Shown piece after piece: positions 28,512-37,696 of a stretch of DNA of 64,000 nt. Within the stretch, counting starts at the first letter, position 1, and each line of letters opens with the position of its first letter. The notes beneath the pieces were generated by a model, which saw only the letters and a program-made list of their open reading frames with translations, ran no database searches and was not told where the DNA came from. Origin of the DNA: a virus (Duplodnaviria > Caudoviricetes); IMG/VR virus record IMGVR_UViG_3300044614_002073, positions 1 through 64,000 of that record. One strand, written 5' to 3'. The translations under genes and the position numbers were made by a program.

Positions 28512-29240
28512 ATGGCAAAAGCCAAGATGAATGCAGAACAGGTTGCGGAAAATGTTCAGGTTAATATTCCCAAGCCAAATGATTTGGAATGGACGGATTA
28601 TGTTTTGACCTTATTATCCGATGATGAAAAAATTGCTGGCAACCCCACTACTGACGGATTAAGGCGTATTTTTGAAATTGCTCTTAATTGCCATTTAATA
28701 TCATCAACTTCTACTGTTGTTCAGTCTCCTAGTCCAGATAACGAAAAAAGAGCCACTGTGGTTCATTCGCTGTCCTATCGTTTAAATACAGGCAAGACAG
28801 ACCAGGATAGTTTTAATATTCAGTCTGTAGATGGCGCTGCGGACGTTTATTGGGGAAATTGTGACAAGGTATATCGTAATCATCCGGTTGCGGTGGCGGA
28901 AACCAGAGCCGAAGGACGAGCCTTGCGTAGAGCATTAAAATTACGCAAAGTTGTTGCTGCTGAAGAAATATCATCATCTATTGAGGACGATCCAAATGGA
29001 GATACAGTTTCTAAGATTACTCCTAATCAGATCAATTTTATTGATGTTATTGCTAAACGTATTGATATTAATCCATTGAAAGTGTTAGCTAGTTTAGGGA
29101 TAGAAGAGAAGAATATTAAGAACATTGACTATCCTCATGGGATCTCTATTATTAGAGAGTTATCAAAATTGCAACAAAATCTTGATAGCGTCCCGTCAGA
29201 ACTAAAAGGCTACTCCGATACATGGAAAGGTGAATCATGA
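28512..29240 (+). CDS. Putative ssDNA-annealing protein (Rad52/Sak-like)
   Basis: G.AD...N...AVAETRAEGRALRRAL helix and a C-terminal IT..QINFI module. RBS AGGAGA. Confidence 0.45.
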   Translation: MAKAKMNAEQVAENVQVNIPKPNDLEWTDYVLTLLSDDEKIAGNPTTDGLRRIFEIALNCHLISSTSTVVQSPSPDNEKRATVVHSLSYRLNTGKTDQDSFNIQSVDGAADVYWGNCDKVYRNHPVAVAETRAEGRALRRALKLRKVVAAEEISSSIEDDPNGDTVSKITPNQINFIDVIAKRIDINPLKVLASLGIEEKNIKNIDYPHGISIIRELSKLQQNLDSVPSELKGYSDTWKGES

Positions 29241-29584
29241 AATTAAGATATAAAGTTGGCGATAAATTAGAGTTTGAAGTTGAAGGAGCTGGACAAAAAG
29301 AGGTTTTTAAAGAATTAGCCTCTATTCAGGAAATTTTCGGTGAAGAAAAATGCGGACTGTGTAGTAGTACTAATTTAAGATTCATAGTACGAAATGTGGA
29401 AGGAAATGATTATTTCGAACTTAGGTGTGCTGATTGTGGCGCTGTATTAGCATTTGGTCAACACAAAAAAGGAGGAACTCTATTTCCCAAACGCAAGGAT
29501 GACGATGGCAACTATCTACCTAATAAGGGATGGCATAAGTGGTCTAAGGATGATAAGCCAGAGAAGGATTCTAAAAAGAAGTGA
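29237..29584 (+). CDS. Zinc-ribbon phage protein
   Basis: CGLC...CADC, FGQHK.GG.LFPK. Confidence 0.6.
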   Translation: MKLRYKVGDKLEFEVEGAGQKEVFKELASIQEIFGEEKCGLCSSTNLRFIVRNVEGNDYFELRCADCGAVLAFGQHKKGGTLFPKRKDDDGNYLPNKGWHKWSKDDKPEKDSKKK

Positions 29585-30273
29585 AACTAGATCAGCTATG
29601 CATTATTTCCGATAATAAATCGGTTAGATATGCCGAACTGCAAGGCGAGTTAGAAATTCTGACTCGCTTTGTTTTTTTCAATAACATTAATTACATATAT
29701 AAATACGATTATAAAACCTTAACAGATTATGATCGTTCTATGTTTAGTACTAATGCTATAGATAGGATCATAAGACTGAATTATAGTGAAGGACAAATAA
29801 CTGATCGGTCCTTAGCGGTCTGTCTGAATCATCTAGAAGCGTTAACGAAAATAGGTTTTGACTCTGATCCTAATTTATGGTCCATTATATGTGAAGATGA
29901 TATTTATATAGCAAATAAATCATCTTTTGAAAATGAACTTTGTGACCTAACTGCTTTGCCAAATGATGCCGGTATAGTTTGGATATCTTCTGGGAAAAAA
30001 CCATTGGACTCGACTTTTAGAGATGTTACAGGGTTCGACTATGTTGATTGTCCAAAGCCTGTGGGCAGATATGTGAACATTCAGCGATCCAGATACGCTG
30101 ATTGCATCTTAATAAAGAACGAAACTGCCAAATTTATAGCTAACAAATTTATAGAGCATAAGTTTGCTACGCCTATCGATTGGGAATATAATTATCTTTT
30201 TTCTTTATATCCTCAAATTATCTCTTATTGGATGATGCCAGCATTGATACAGCAGAATCCTAAGTTCTTTTAA
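29581..30273 (+). CDS. Glycosyltransferase family 25-like (GT-A)
   Basis: A..LNH..AL, IICEDD, PIDW, P.LIQQ. Confidence 0.7.
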   Translation: MKLDQLCIISDNKSVRYAELQGELEILTRFVFFNNINYIYKYDYKTLTDYDRSMFSTNAIDRIIRLNYSEGQITDRSLAVCLNHLEALTKIGFDSDPNLWSIICEDDIYIANKSSFENELCDLTALPNDAGIVWISSGKKPLDSTFRDVTGFDYVDCPKPVGRYVNIQRSRYADCILIKNETAKFIANKFIEHKFATPIDWEYNYLFSLYPQIISYWMMPALIQQNPKFF

Positions 30274-30683
30274 ATTAATCTTTTCCATTTTCCTATCGGG
30301 CATTCTTGGTCCTTCCACGCTAGTTTATTCATGTAAATTTGATCTCTTACAGTATGACATCCACACTTTTCACAAGTGCTTTCTTTATAAAACTCGCAAC
30401 CTGAACATATACTAAATCTTTCCTCTATCTGTTCTGTGGAGCATTTTTTAATCTCGTCTATCGCTTGATCCGTTTTTATTTGGTTGGATGGGTCCATTTG
30501 AGGATCTATGGGTTTAAATATTATTCCATGCTGTTCTGGTGGATACATTTTAATTTTTGTGGCACATATTATAGATGGGTATTCTAATGGATCAAAACTC
30601 ATCGCAACTGTTCCGCATAGTCTACACTTATATCTAAAATTTTCTGTTTTAATGAATTCACACATTAAATCATAAACATTCAT
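30270..30683 (-). CDS. Cys-rich small phage protein (DUF6171-like)
   Basis: ER..IC..C.F....C..CGC.....K.....CP.GKW. Confidence 0.65.
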   Translation of the reverse strand: MNVYDLMCEFIKTENFRYKCRLCGTVAMSFDPLEYPSIICATKIKMYPPEQHGIIFKPIDPQMDPSNQIKTDQAIDEIKKCSTEQIEERFSICSGCEFYKESTCEKCGCHTVRDQIYMNKLAWKDQECPIGKWKRLI

Positions 30684-30686
30684 ATA

Positions 30687-33600
30687 TTATAGATTCCTTT
30701 CATTACTAAATCTATCGGTGTCATCATAATCGTATGGTACCCATTTGTAATGATTTTGCGTTATGTATAATTTCTCGTCATAAGTGTCTTCTAATGCTAT
30801 TTTTTGTCTTTCCCCAAACCATGCTCTAAATATCATTTCATTTAATATTTGATAAAATGGAGGAGTATTTGTTACAGTGCTGGTATTGTATACATTATAT
30901 GGATTAGTTTTGTGACACTCCCATAAATAAAGTTGACTTTGATTAACTATATTATTTCCTAATGTAACTTTAAAGTCTGTTGGAATCTTGCGTGGCAAAT
31001 ATTTAAATCTTACAGTAATCTCATTAGAAGCCATCAGCTCAGAAACTGGTACGTAAGTATTGGATTGCTCCGGAACCTCGTAAATCTGTATAACATCCAT
31101 TCTCACTAATGAATCATTTCTTATTTCACCGCAACCAACATAATATGTTTGAGACGTTTGTCTTTCTTCATACACAACACCATCTGCTCTTGCAGCATTT
31201 TCACTAGGCAATCTATATATACTTTCAGTAGATGAACCACTGGTATTATCCATGTTTGGCCATACAGGACCGCGACCTTCAGTATTGCACATATTAGCAC
31301 AGTAAGAGAATGTTCCTTTTGAGTGATAGCATCTTTGTATCACTGCAACAGGAATCTTTGATGATCCGCTAATAACTCCGCTAGCATTCATAGGAACACT
31401 AATCCAATAATAATTATTATCATATATAATTTTATTGTTATTAGTAAAAATATTCTCTAGTTGTATAACGCCGCTTGCCGACGATAAGCTGCCAGGAGTA
31501 ATAGGAGTACTGCTTGTTAGCTCCTCGTCTAATATTGTATTATCTAAAGTTAGATCATAAAATGGTAGATAATAATCAAGGATTTCTGGATTATATCTAT
31601 ATTTTTTATGCATTTCTTTACTATCCATATTTAATATACTGGCGTTTTGCTCAGATATACTCAATACATTATGAGCATAAATTCTATTAGGAATAATATC
31701 TAATGGTCTTGGATAACCAGTAAAAGAGATAAACTCGTTTTCTTTACTATAAGAATATGGATGCTTAGGCATATCTTTATATGTTAAACGAGGATTAAAC
31801 TTAACATAACCTATATGTGTATCTTCTTCGTCGTAGGATTTAGTAAATTTAATATTACCACAATAATTAGTTTTAGTAATGTGGTAATCTAGATCTAACA
31901 GTGTTAAATATTTTTCTTTATTTCCAATAACCGGAATAGACTCTGGTTTAATTAAATTTGTGCCCCAGCCAAGACCGCCCTCTGCATATAATTGATCAAA
32001 AGGATAAGATGAAGTAAAAGCTCCTAAATTGCGATCCCTAACGTTGGACCATTTACCAAAATTTAATACATCAAATGTATTAGAAATACTGGATAATACA
32101 GGATACATTTTTGGAGTCGCAGTATCGTCTGCGCCTCTTTTATAGTTAACATTACCAGTTGGAGATATCTTTCCCCCAGTTATTATAGGATCAAACAATA
32201 AGAATGAGGAGCAGGACGATCCTTCTCCCTTATAGATAACACCCTCAACAAATTTCTCATTCGAAGCGAATTCTATTGACGAATCTAATTCTATCACTAC
32301 TTTTGCAGATCTAATTCTATCTGGATTGGGATTTTCATCCAGTTGGTCATCCGGATACAAACTATCCGGTGGTCCTAGATTCGCTTCTATCGACGAAGGA
32401 TCTTGTATCATTAATTCCGTTTTAATGTAGAATGGATTTGACTCATCTTCTATGTATATATTATTTATTTTTTTGGTTATTTTGCGTGAGTATATAGTGT
32501 ACGAATCATAACACTGAACACATGGCCCTGTTCCATCGTCTTGTCGTATTGTAGTATCAATAACTTTATAGTTTAATTCTATTGGCTCATTCTTCATAAA
32601 AGAATAGTACGCCCTAACTCCATCTATAACCAAAGTTCTATTGTCTCTTAATGAGTCAATATGAAAATCGAAAGCAGGATAGTTGAGCGGTTTTGTATAT
32701 TTGGTATCTAGAGGAACACCAGACTCGTGGAACTTGGTATATTTTAGATAATTAAATTTGGTATTCTCTAATACTGGGGAAGAATATGATGAGTACTTAA
32801 ATATATCTGCTTCTACATTATACCATAATCCATTAGGGTGTTTAACCTCTAATTGAATTTTATCTGCTTGTCCAAAAGGAGAATCGTCATATAAACCTAT
32901 ATTTTTGACCTGGAAACCAGTTAATTGTTTGGCTGCTTCTGTAGAGCCTTCTATTTGAAGATATCCTTTGTTTTCCATGTATCTATTTAGTTTTTCTCTG
33001 CGAGTAGCTCCAAAATAGAATGGACTAGGGAAAAATACTCCAGTAAGGAAACCCAAATCCCACCCATAGCCAGCAGCCTGCAAAGTTTCTGCTGCTGCCA
33101 TATAAGTCAATAATCCAACTATAGAAGGATGAAAAGGTGGTAAAAATACAGGTTCTGGTTTGAGTTCTTCCACGGGCATTTCTCGTGGCCTAGGAGGATC
33201 GGGTTGAGCAATACATCCTAACTGTACAGGATAATTCACTCCTACATCCTGTTTTGGATATTCAGGATTAATAGTCGAATAAGGAGCATCTAGATTAACT
33301 GGAGGCAATAAGTGTTGTTTATTTCTAAAATTAGCAATAAAATTATATCCAGAAGGATATGCAATATCGAACGTATCATTATTATACAAAAATCTGTTAT
33401 AAATGTAAGATTGAGTATATCCGGGGACCGGACAGCCTGTGCATACCTGTAAATCAAAACATGCTCCTCCTTCATCTTCGGCACCCATATCAGAGATTTG
33501 TATGCCCCATTTATATGCTAATTCATTAGATGGATCCCCGATAAATGGCTCTTGTTGTGTAGGAAGAGATTCTGGGTCAGAAGAACTGTTAGATGTAGGA

Positions 33601-36600
33601 ATTGGACCATCATAATCCCAAAATCCCCCATAAACACCACTAGTCCCTATGTAGTAATCTAACGATTGAGACGGTAGTATAAAATCATTACTAAATGCAT
33701 AATTAGATACTCTTCTAGAAGCATTCGTAAATATTCCATTAAAATTACTGCCATAATTTAAAAAACTAGAATGAAACATAACGTGTCTTGGATTACTTCG
33801 TTGCTGATTACTCCAAGGTCCAAGCCAAGCGTTTCTTTCTTGAGCTATTTGTTTTTGAATTTTTTTAACATAATTTTCATCCTCTCCTTTATATGTCGCA
33901 GCCATCCTATCTAAAGTTGCTTTGACGCAGTTGAATCCGATCCATCTATACTCCAGAGAATCAAAGAGAGCCACCTTTAATTCTTTAGGTGCTGGATGGG
34001 TTAGATTTTTAAGAGTAACAGCCATATGAGTTATAAAATCGGTTTTAGGATCTATATCAACAGTTAATATATTTGGAAAGGCGAGAAAACCTCTTTCTCC
34101 ATCCATATAAATTTCCATAGGATCTCTAATAATAATACTATAATCTTTTCCTGTTTTTATCGGAGAACTAGCTTTTAATTGATCATCTGCTTTAGTTATT
34201 TCTACTTCTCTAAATAAAGCCCCTGTTCCAATATATTGGCGACATGGCGAATCTAAGATGCTTTTAACTGCTGTTTTTTGCTGTAGTTCTGATGGCAGTA
34301 AGGTATAATCTATCCATCCTTTATTGGGGTGGAAAAATCCTTTTCTGAATGTAACTTCATTAGCAAAGTCTGTGGGTGTTAGAAAACATTTGACTAATGA
34401 CTTGTCCCTACGAGTACCTAATCCTAATTGAGAAGCCTCTCTATCTAATTCTGATTGATTACGGTTATAGTAAAAAGAACTCTTTGCTGCTTGTGGTAAA
34501 ATATTTCCTGATGCAACAGTGTATTGTCCATTCTCCCCAGAAGCAATTGGGGAGGGATGATCAAGAATTTTTAAACCTAACGCAGAGATATCGTCTGCTC
34601 TGTGTCCACCATAAGCTAATATGGGTGGTGCAAATTGGGTGCTTAGTATATGAGAACTCTCATTAAAGTCGTATCCTACGACCGCACTGTAAACACTAAC
34701 TTCATCTCCATCTACCGGAATCTTATTAGGAAAAGGTCGGCAATTAGCATTTTCTAATGTATCGTCTCTAAGTTTGGTAATATTAATACCATATAGTTCT
34801 ACTGTTGTTGAACTACCACAATCAAATTCTATTGTAACATTGCGCCTATTTTCTGGCCTAATAGCCATATCATTACGTATTCCAGTATCAAGAAAATACT
34901 GTTGCTTAGACATATTTACCGGTGCTGTACGGGCTCTAAAAAATTTGTTACGACCAACTGTAAGAAAAGAAGATGTTGGTAAATAAAAACCGCCTATACG
35001 ATGTAAGTACAATTCTTTAATATTGGGAAAGATTCCTTGCTGAGAACTTATTCTATCGCTAAATCTTTGTTCCACTAACCTCATTGTTTTATCGAATTTA
35101 TCATTAGTAGAAGCATATTCGTCTATAGAAGATTTAAAAAATCTTACAGAATTATCAAAGGTTTGATTTTCTTGGTATGTTGTGTTTTTATAAACTTTTA
35201 GATTGTCTCCTCTGTTATTGGTTAACAAGACATCATAATATTGTCCATTATTATCTCCAGCTAAAATATTATTTTCTAAATTATACTTTTGTTGAAATAA
35301 TTTAGCAATGCCGAATTTTTCATAAACGCTATTAATTACTTGATTATAATAATCGTTGGAAGAATCCACAAAGTCTTGAGACATAGCTATATTAATTTCT
35401 GTCTTGCCTTTATCTTGTCCTTGAGAATCTATATATTTTAGTACTAGGGCCTCTCTTTCGTTAGGCTGTAAGACACTAGCATCAGGAAACTTAAGTCGAG
35501 TAAAAAGATCTAAGCCGGCCGCATTGATTCTTTGTTTATACCACAAGCCACGCATGTCAGAGCTATTACTTCCTAAGGCTTTCATGTCTTGAAAATCTAA
35601 TAATATTCTCATATGTGGTTCTTTGACCGCAAATTTTGATACTAATTTAGTTTTCATTCCTTTTGGAAATTCTATATACCTATTTTGCTTATTAGTTTTA
35701 AATAAAGCCATCAGCAAATCTTTTTTAGTATTGACTAAATTATTAGTAAAAGAATGTGTTAAGGCATTTTGAGCTTTAATATTTGCTGTATAGGTTTGTG
35801 TCATAATGCTGGGAGTATTAGATGCTGCTGGAAGTAAAGGAATGTCTCCCTTGGCTTGCGTGATAGCATCTACTTGATTATATCCAAAAATATTTTCCAA
35901 ATCTGTTCTTAGGCTATATATACTGTTAAAGTTCTTTAGATTTAAGTTGTCCAACGTAATGTCTGTAGCCCTAATATGTTCTGTAGCGGCTACCGGCGCT
36001 GTAGTTAAAAAACGAGCCAGGTTTTTTATTGCTAAATAGTCCAATTGTAACTGAGAGTCTGTATAAATACCGGCCTCAAAAGATGCAGAATCATCTCCAG
36101 AGTTTGACGATCCTCCTGTGCTATCTCCAGAGGAGCCAGACTGATTGAATAAATTTTGTAATCCAATATTATTTTCAAAGTTTAATAATTTATTCAAAAT
36201 ATTGGAATATCTATCCATATCTTTAGTAACTAAAGATGTCTTTGGATACGTAAATACATCAACCTCTTCTGGTTTTTGTCCTTTCTGATTCCAGTCTTCT
36301 CTGTCATATGAGGAACCAAAGAAAACACTAAATTGATCCTCAGGGATATACATATCTATCCCCGGCATAAATCTTTTTTTGCCTAAATTAATCCAATAGT
36401 TGTCGGTTACTTCATAAATATACTCATCTTGATTACTTTCTTTGATAATAACTTTATCCCCTGCATTTAAACCAGAATGCAAACCATATCTTTCTATATT
36501 ATTTGATGAAGATGTTGTTGTGTATTGGTGATATTCATGCTGACCAGCATAATTGACATTATTCAATGTAGCTGGCGATATAGCGGTATTCTGTACAGTC

Positions 36601-37313
36601 TCGGAGTATTCTGTAATCTCAAATGTAGCCTTGATATTGTTTTCTCTACCCATATCGTAATATCTATACCAAAATAATAACCCTAAAACTGAGTTAGTTA
36701 AAAAATTCTCTTTGGGTATTCTCCAATTGACTCTAAATTGAGAACCCCCACTCAATGTCCAGTTTTTCAATGTTGGATTAGTGATAGTTATAAAATTTTC
36801 CCATACCAAACCAGCCTCGTAAGGATTTTCTTGTGCAGATGCTGATCTTGTTAACCTGGTATTTTTTACGCTAGAATTTTGCGAATCAATATACAAGAAG
36901 AAGGGCCTCCAAATACCGCTAATGTTTGCATTGAATGGAGTTAGTCCCCATCTAGGGTCAGGATCTAAAACAATTTGACTATCTTGTATACTGTTTATGT
37001 CTAGGTCATATTCTAAATCTGTAGCAAAAATATCGCAATTGTTATTGCTAAAAGATAAAAAATCTCCTTCTATTTGATTCTCAACATTAGCAACATAGGT
37101 ATTTATGCTCTGACTTGAGGATATTGGCTGCGGTATAGGTCTAGGAACAAATGGTGGAGGTGGAGGAATACTGGTTTGTTGAATATAAGTATTATATATA
37201 TCTAAATTATATGGGGGATATGTATTGTATATATTTTGAGCCGCAATGTCTAATAACTCTTGCGCTGTTGCTACAAAAGCCTGAGCTTCAAAAATAACTG
37301 GAGATGTAGGCAT
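30687..37313 (-). CDS. Very large putative virion protein with a proprotein-convertase P-domain-like segment
   Basis: 2208 aa; ITHMAVTLKNLTHPAPKELKVAL...WGIQISDMGAEDEG. Lies in a structural-type operon. Confidence 0.55.
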   Translation of the reverse strand: MPTSPVIFEAQAFVATAQELLDIAAQNIYNTYPPYNLDIYNTYIQQTSIPPPPPFVPRPIPQPISSSQSINTYVANVENQIEGDFLSFSNNNCDIFATDLEYDLDINSIQDSQIVLDPDPRWGLTPFNANISGIWRPFFLYIDSQNSSVKNTRLTRSASAQENPYEAGLVWENFITITNPTLKNWTLSGGSQFRVNWRIPKENFLTNSVLGLLFWYRYYDMGRENNIKATFEITEYSETVQNTAISPATLNNVNYAGQHEYHQYTTTSSSNNIERYGLHSGLNAGDKVIIKESNQDEYIYEVTDNYWINLGKKRFMPGIDMYIPEDQFSVFFGSSYDREDWNQKGQKPEEVDVFTYPKTSLVTKDMDRYSNILNKLLNFENNIGLQNLFNQSGSSGDSTGGSSNSGDDSASFEAGIYTDSQLQLDYLAIKNLARFLTTAPVAATEHIRATDITLDNLNLKNFNSIYSLRTDLENIFGYNQVDAITQAKGDIPLLPAASNTPSIMTQTYTANIKAQNALTHSFTNNLVNTKKDLLMALFKTNKQNRYIEFPKGMKTKLVSKFAVKEPHMRILLDFQDMKALGSNSSDMRGLWYKQRINAAGLDLFTRLKFPDASVLQPNEREALVLKYIDSQGQDKGKTEINIAMSQDFVDSSNDYYNQVINSVYEKFGIAKLFQQKYNLENNILAGDNNGQYYDVLLTNNRGDNLKVYKNTTYQENQTFDNSVRFFKSSIDEYASTNDKFDKTMRLVEQRFSDRISSQQGIFPNIKELYLHRIGGFYLPTSSFLTVGRNKFFRARTAPVNMSKQQYFLDTGIRNDMAIRPENRRNVTIEFDCGSSTTVELYGINITKLRDDTLENANCRPFPNKIPVDGDEVSVYSAVVGYDFNESSHILSTQFAPPILAYGGHRADDISALGLKILDHPSPIASGENGQYTVASGNILPQAAKSSFYYNRNQSELDREASQLGLGTRRDKSLVKCFLTPTDFANEVTFRKGFFHPNKGWIDYTLLPSELQQKTAVKSILDSPCRQYIGTGALFREVEITKADDQLKASSPIKTGKDYSIIIRDPMEIYMDGERGFLAFPNILTVDIDPKTDFITHMAVTLKNLTHPAPKELKVALFDSLEYRWIGFNCVKATLDRMAATYKGEDENYVKKIQKQIAQERNAWLGPWSNQQRSNPRHVMFHSSFLNYGSNFNGIFTNASRRVSNYAFSNDFILPSQSLDYYIGTSGVYGGFWDYDGPIPTSNSSSDPESLPTQQEPFIGDPSNELAYKWGIQISDMGAEDEGGACFDLQVCTGCPVPGYTQSYIYNRFLYNNDTFDIAYPSGYNFIANFRNKQHLLPPVNLDAPYSTINPEYPKQDVGVNYPVQLGCIAQPDPPRPREMPVEELKPEPVFLPPFHPSIVGLLTYMAAAETLQAAGYGWDLGFLTGVFFPSPFYFGATRREKLNRYMENKGYLQIEGSTEAAKQLTGFQVKNIGLYDDSPFGQADKIQLEVKHPNGLWYNVEADIFKYSSYSSPVLENTKFNYLKYTKFHESGVPLDTKYTKPLNYPAFDFHIDSLRDNRTLVIDGVRAYYSFMKNEPIELNYKVIDTTIRQDDGTGPCVQCYDSYTIYSRKITKKINNIYIEDESNPFYIKTELMIQDPSSIEANLGPPDSLYPDDQLDENPNPDRIRSAKVVIELDSSIEFASNEKFVEGVIYKGEGSSCSSFLLFDPIITGGKISPTGNVNYKRGADDTATPKMYPVLSSISNTFDVLNFGKWSNVRDRNLGAFTSSYPFDQLYAEGGLGWGTNLIKPESIPVIGNKEKYLTLLDLDYHITKTNYCGNIKFTKSYDEEDTHIGYVKFNPRLTYKDMPKHPYSYSKENEFISFTGYPRPLDIIPNRIYAHNVLSISEQNASILNMDSKEMHKKYRYNPEILDYYLPFYDLTLDNTILDEELTSSTPITPGSLSSASGVIQLENIFTNNNKIIYDNNYYWISVPMNASGVISGSSKIPVAVIQRCYHSKGTFSYCANMCNTEGRGPVWPNMDNTSGSSTESIYRLPSENAARADGVVYEERQTSQTYYVGCGEIRNDSLVRMDVIQIYEVPEQSNTYVPVSELMASNEITVRFKYLPRKIPTDFKVTLGNNIVNQSQLYLWECHKTNPYNVYNTSTVTNTPPFYQILNEMIFRAWFGERQKIALEDTYDEKLYITQNHYKWVPYDYDDTDRFSNERNL

Positions 37314-37696
37314 TATTCTAAGGTACTTATTTTATTGAGTAAAATATTTAATACTTGATATAATTCATTAGTAATCTTTTCATTTATATTAGTATACCAT
37401 TGCATAGCAGTAGCCAGATTGGTCTTATTAGTAATGTCTGATAGGTGAGATAAAACGGCCACACCATGCTTAAGGTCTGCGCGAAATTTTTCTATTAGTG
37501 ATTCTAACTCATCAATCACTAAATCTCTGAATTCTAATTTTTGAGTTTTGTTGGTTTGAATGGCTATAGCAGTAATAACTTTAGATTTAATATTGTCAAG
37601 ATCTCTATCAATCCTAATATGGGCTTGTCTAATAAAATCTTGATCATTTAAAAGTTCTATATTTTCATAACTAATAGAATCAATATTCTCTATCAT
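37313..37696 (-). CDS. Hypothetical helical protein
   Basis: Start placed at ATG 37696 (ATGA overlap with the upstream stop). Confidence 0.55.
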   Translation of the reverse strand: MIENIDSISYENIELLNDQDFIRQAHIRIDRDLDNIKSKVITAIAIQTNKTQKLEFRDLVIDELESLIEKFRADLKHGVAVLSHLSDITNKTNLATAMQWYTNINEKITNELYQVLNILLNKISTLE

